Source: a bacterium (GTDB lineage: Bacteria; Chloroflexota; Dormibacteria; Aeolococcales; Bog-877). From it: a stretch of 64,000 nt of DNA. Of this stretch, positions 62,813-64,000 are shown piece by piece. Location: contig JAKAXE010000004.1 in NCBI GenBank assembly GCA_021816695.1, positions 61 through 64,060 on the forward strand. The letters are read 5' to 3'. The notes beneath the pieces were generated by a model, which saw only the letters and a program-made list of their open reading frames with translations, was not told the DNA's origin and made no database searches. Position numbers and translations under genes: made by a program. Within the stretch, counting starts at the first letter, position 1, and each line of letters opens with the position of its first letter.

Positions 62813-63424
62813 TTGGCCGTCCAGCCGGCGATCAGCGAGCACGCGGACCAGATGCGCCGCCGCATCCTGGAGGGCGCGGCGCGCGCCTTCTCCCGGTCGG
62901 GCCCGCAGGCCACCTCGGTGCCCGAGATCGCAGCCGAGGCCAGGGTCTCCGTAGGGCTGATCTACCGCTACTTCAGCGGCAAGGCCGAGCTGTACGCCGC
63001 CGCCTGCACCCTGGGGGCGGAGGCGGAGATGGCGGGACTCATGGCCGAGATGGCGGCCATCCGCGACCCCCGGGCCCGTCTGGCCCACGCCGTGGACTTC
63101 TACCTCTCCCGGCTGGCCGAGGACGGTGAGGGGGCGCTCCTCCTGGGGGCGATGGCCGAGGCCCAGCGGAACCCCGGGCTCCAGGCCTCGCTGCGGCTCC
63201 GTCGTGACACCATCGTGGCCTTCATCCGCCGGTACCTGGAGGAGCGCCGGGCGGAGGGGGAGGTGGAGGGTGAGGTGGCCCCCCTGGCCCGCGCCATCGC
63301 CATGACCATGGACGGGGCGCTGACCGAGCTGGCGCTCGGGGACTCTGACATTGGCGCCGTCCGGGAGGCGATCCTGAACCTATTGGAGCGCCTGCTTCAG
63401 GCGAGCGGGCCGGCCCCCACCTGA
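62813..63424 (+). CDS. TetR-family transcriptional regulator
   Basis: TSVPEIAAEARVSVGLIYRYFSGKAEL. Confidence 0.92.
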   Translation: MAVQPAISEHADQMRRRILEGAARAFSRSGPQATSVPEIAAEARVSVGLIYRYFSGKAELYAAACTLGAEAEMAGLMAEMAAIRDPRARLAHAVDFYLSRLAEDGEGALLLGAMAEAQRNPGLQASLRLRRDTIVAFIRRYLEERRAEGEVEGEVAPLARAIAMTMDGALTELALGDSDIGAVREAILNLLERLLQASGPAPT

Positions 63425-64000
63425 GCCAGCGCCCGACCCAGGTCCTCCAGCAGGTCCTCCTGGTTCTCGATCCCGCAGGAGAGGCGGATCAACCCCTCGG
63501 GCAGGTACTCCTCTCCCGCCCACCGGCCCCGGCGCTCCAAGAGCGACTCGACCGAGCCGAGGCTGGTGGCGTTGGTCCAGATCCTGGTGGAGGTGCAGAC
63601 CCGCTCCGCCGCCACTGCGCCCACCTCCAGCTCCAGCGCCAGCAGGGCGCCGAAGGCCCCGTCCAGCTGCGCCTCCGCCAGCTCGTGCTGGGGGTGGGTG
63701 GGGAGCCCGGGATAGTGGACCTCCCGCACCCGGGAGGTCCCGGCAAGCGCCTTGGCCAGGAACCCCGCCGTCTGGCACTGGCGGGAGAGGCGCACCGCCA
63801 GGGTGCGCATCCCCCGGAGCGCCAGCCAGGCCTCCAGCTGTCCGGGGCAGCCTCCCTGCCGGGTGCGGTGCTGGCGCAGCCGCGAGAGGAGCTCCAGGTC
63901 CCGCCCGGCCACCACTCCGAGCATGAGGTCGCTGTGGCCGCCGAGGTGCTTGGAGGCGGAGTGAGCCACCAGGTCAGCGCCCAGCTCCAAAGGACGGCAG
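63397..64000 (-). CDS. Cys/Met-metabolism PLP enzyme (cystathionine gamma-synthase/lyase family), 5' end outside window
   Basis: HSASKHLGGHSD (PLP Lys), RGMRTL, VHYPGLPTHPQH, SLGSVESL, RLSCGIE. Confidence 0.9.
   Translation of the reverse strand, partial: CRPLELGADLVAHSASKHLGGHSDLMLGVVAGRDLELLSRLRQHRTRQGGCPGQLEAWLALRGMRTLAVRLSRQCQTAGFLAKALAGTSRVREVHYPGLPTHPQHELAEAQLDGAFGALLALELEVGAVAAERVCTSTRIWTNATSLGSVESLLERRGRWAGEEYLPEGLIRLSCGIENQEDLLEDLGRALAQVGAGPLA

Noticed and set aside
1-64000. CRISPR arrays, tRNA/rRNA genes, IS elements, known riboswitches, defence systems
   Set aside because: No regularly spaced repeats, tRNA T-loop/acceptor signatures, transposase/integrase motifs or recognisable aptamers were seen by eye; an Infernal/Rfam scan would be needed to exclude small RNAs.

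Overview
Very GC-rich (roughly 70% by eye) chromosomal segment with about 60 densely packed protein genes. I found no rRNA, tRNA, CRISPR array, transposase or integrase. Gene content and promoter style fit a Terrabacteria organism such as Ca. Dormibacterota, Chloroflexota or Actinomycetota (inference). In order: accD(partial)-accA; DHA2 MFS with a MerR-like palindrome; metF coupled to a group II PLP decarboxylase; MacB/FtsX-type ABC pair; a Liv-type ABC / hydrolase / TetR / KASIII-like / acyl-CoA ligase / 3-hydroxybutyrate dehydrogenase operon; GNAT, DUF3618 and holin-III; otsB/otsA; thiolase; PadR pair; pntAAB followed by a GltD-like Fe-S flavoprotein and 2-oxoacid:ferredoxin oxidoreductase; a co-oriented ~13 kb block (3 Gfo/Idh/MocA, D-2-hydroxyacid dehydrogenase, two tandem DUF4438-like genes, SDR, GntR, orphan family-5 SBP, TldD, PmbA) carrying three GntR-type ATTGTCGACAAT boxes; lipoprotein/folC; KDPG/KHG aldolase; ArsR-SRPBCC; EamA-solA-like-putB-pruA; MFS; sulfide:quinone oxidoreductase plus a 45-aa ORF absent from the ORF track; MMPL/TetR; partial trans-sulfuration enzyme. 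The best candidate for an undescribed system is the GntR-boxed DUF4438/oxidoreductase/SBP/TldDE block at 34904-47829. Family names come from motif recognition, not database searches. Many start coordinates were refined by hand from the ORF track.
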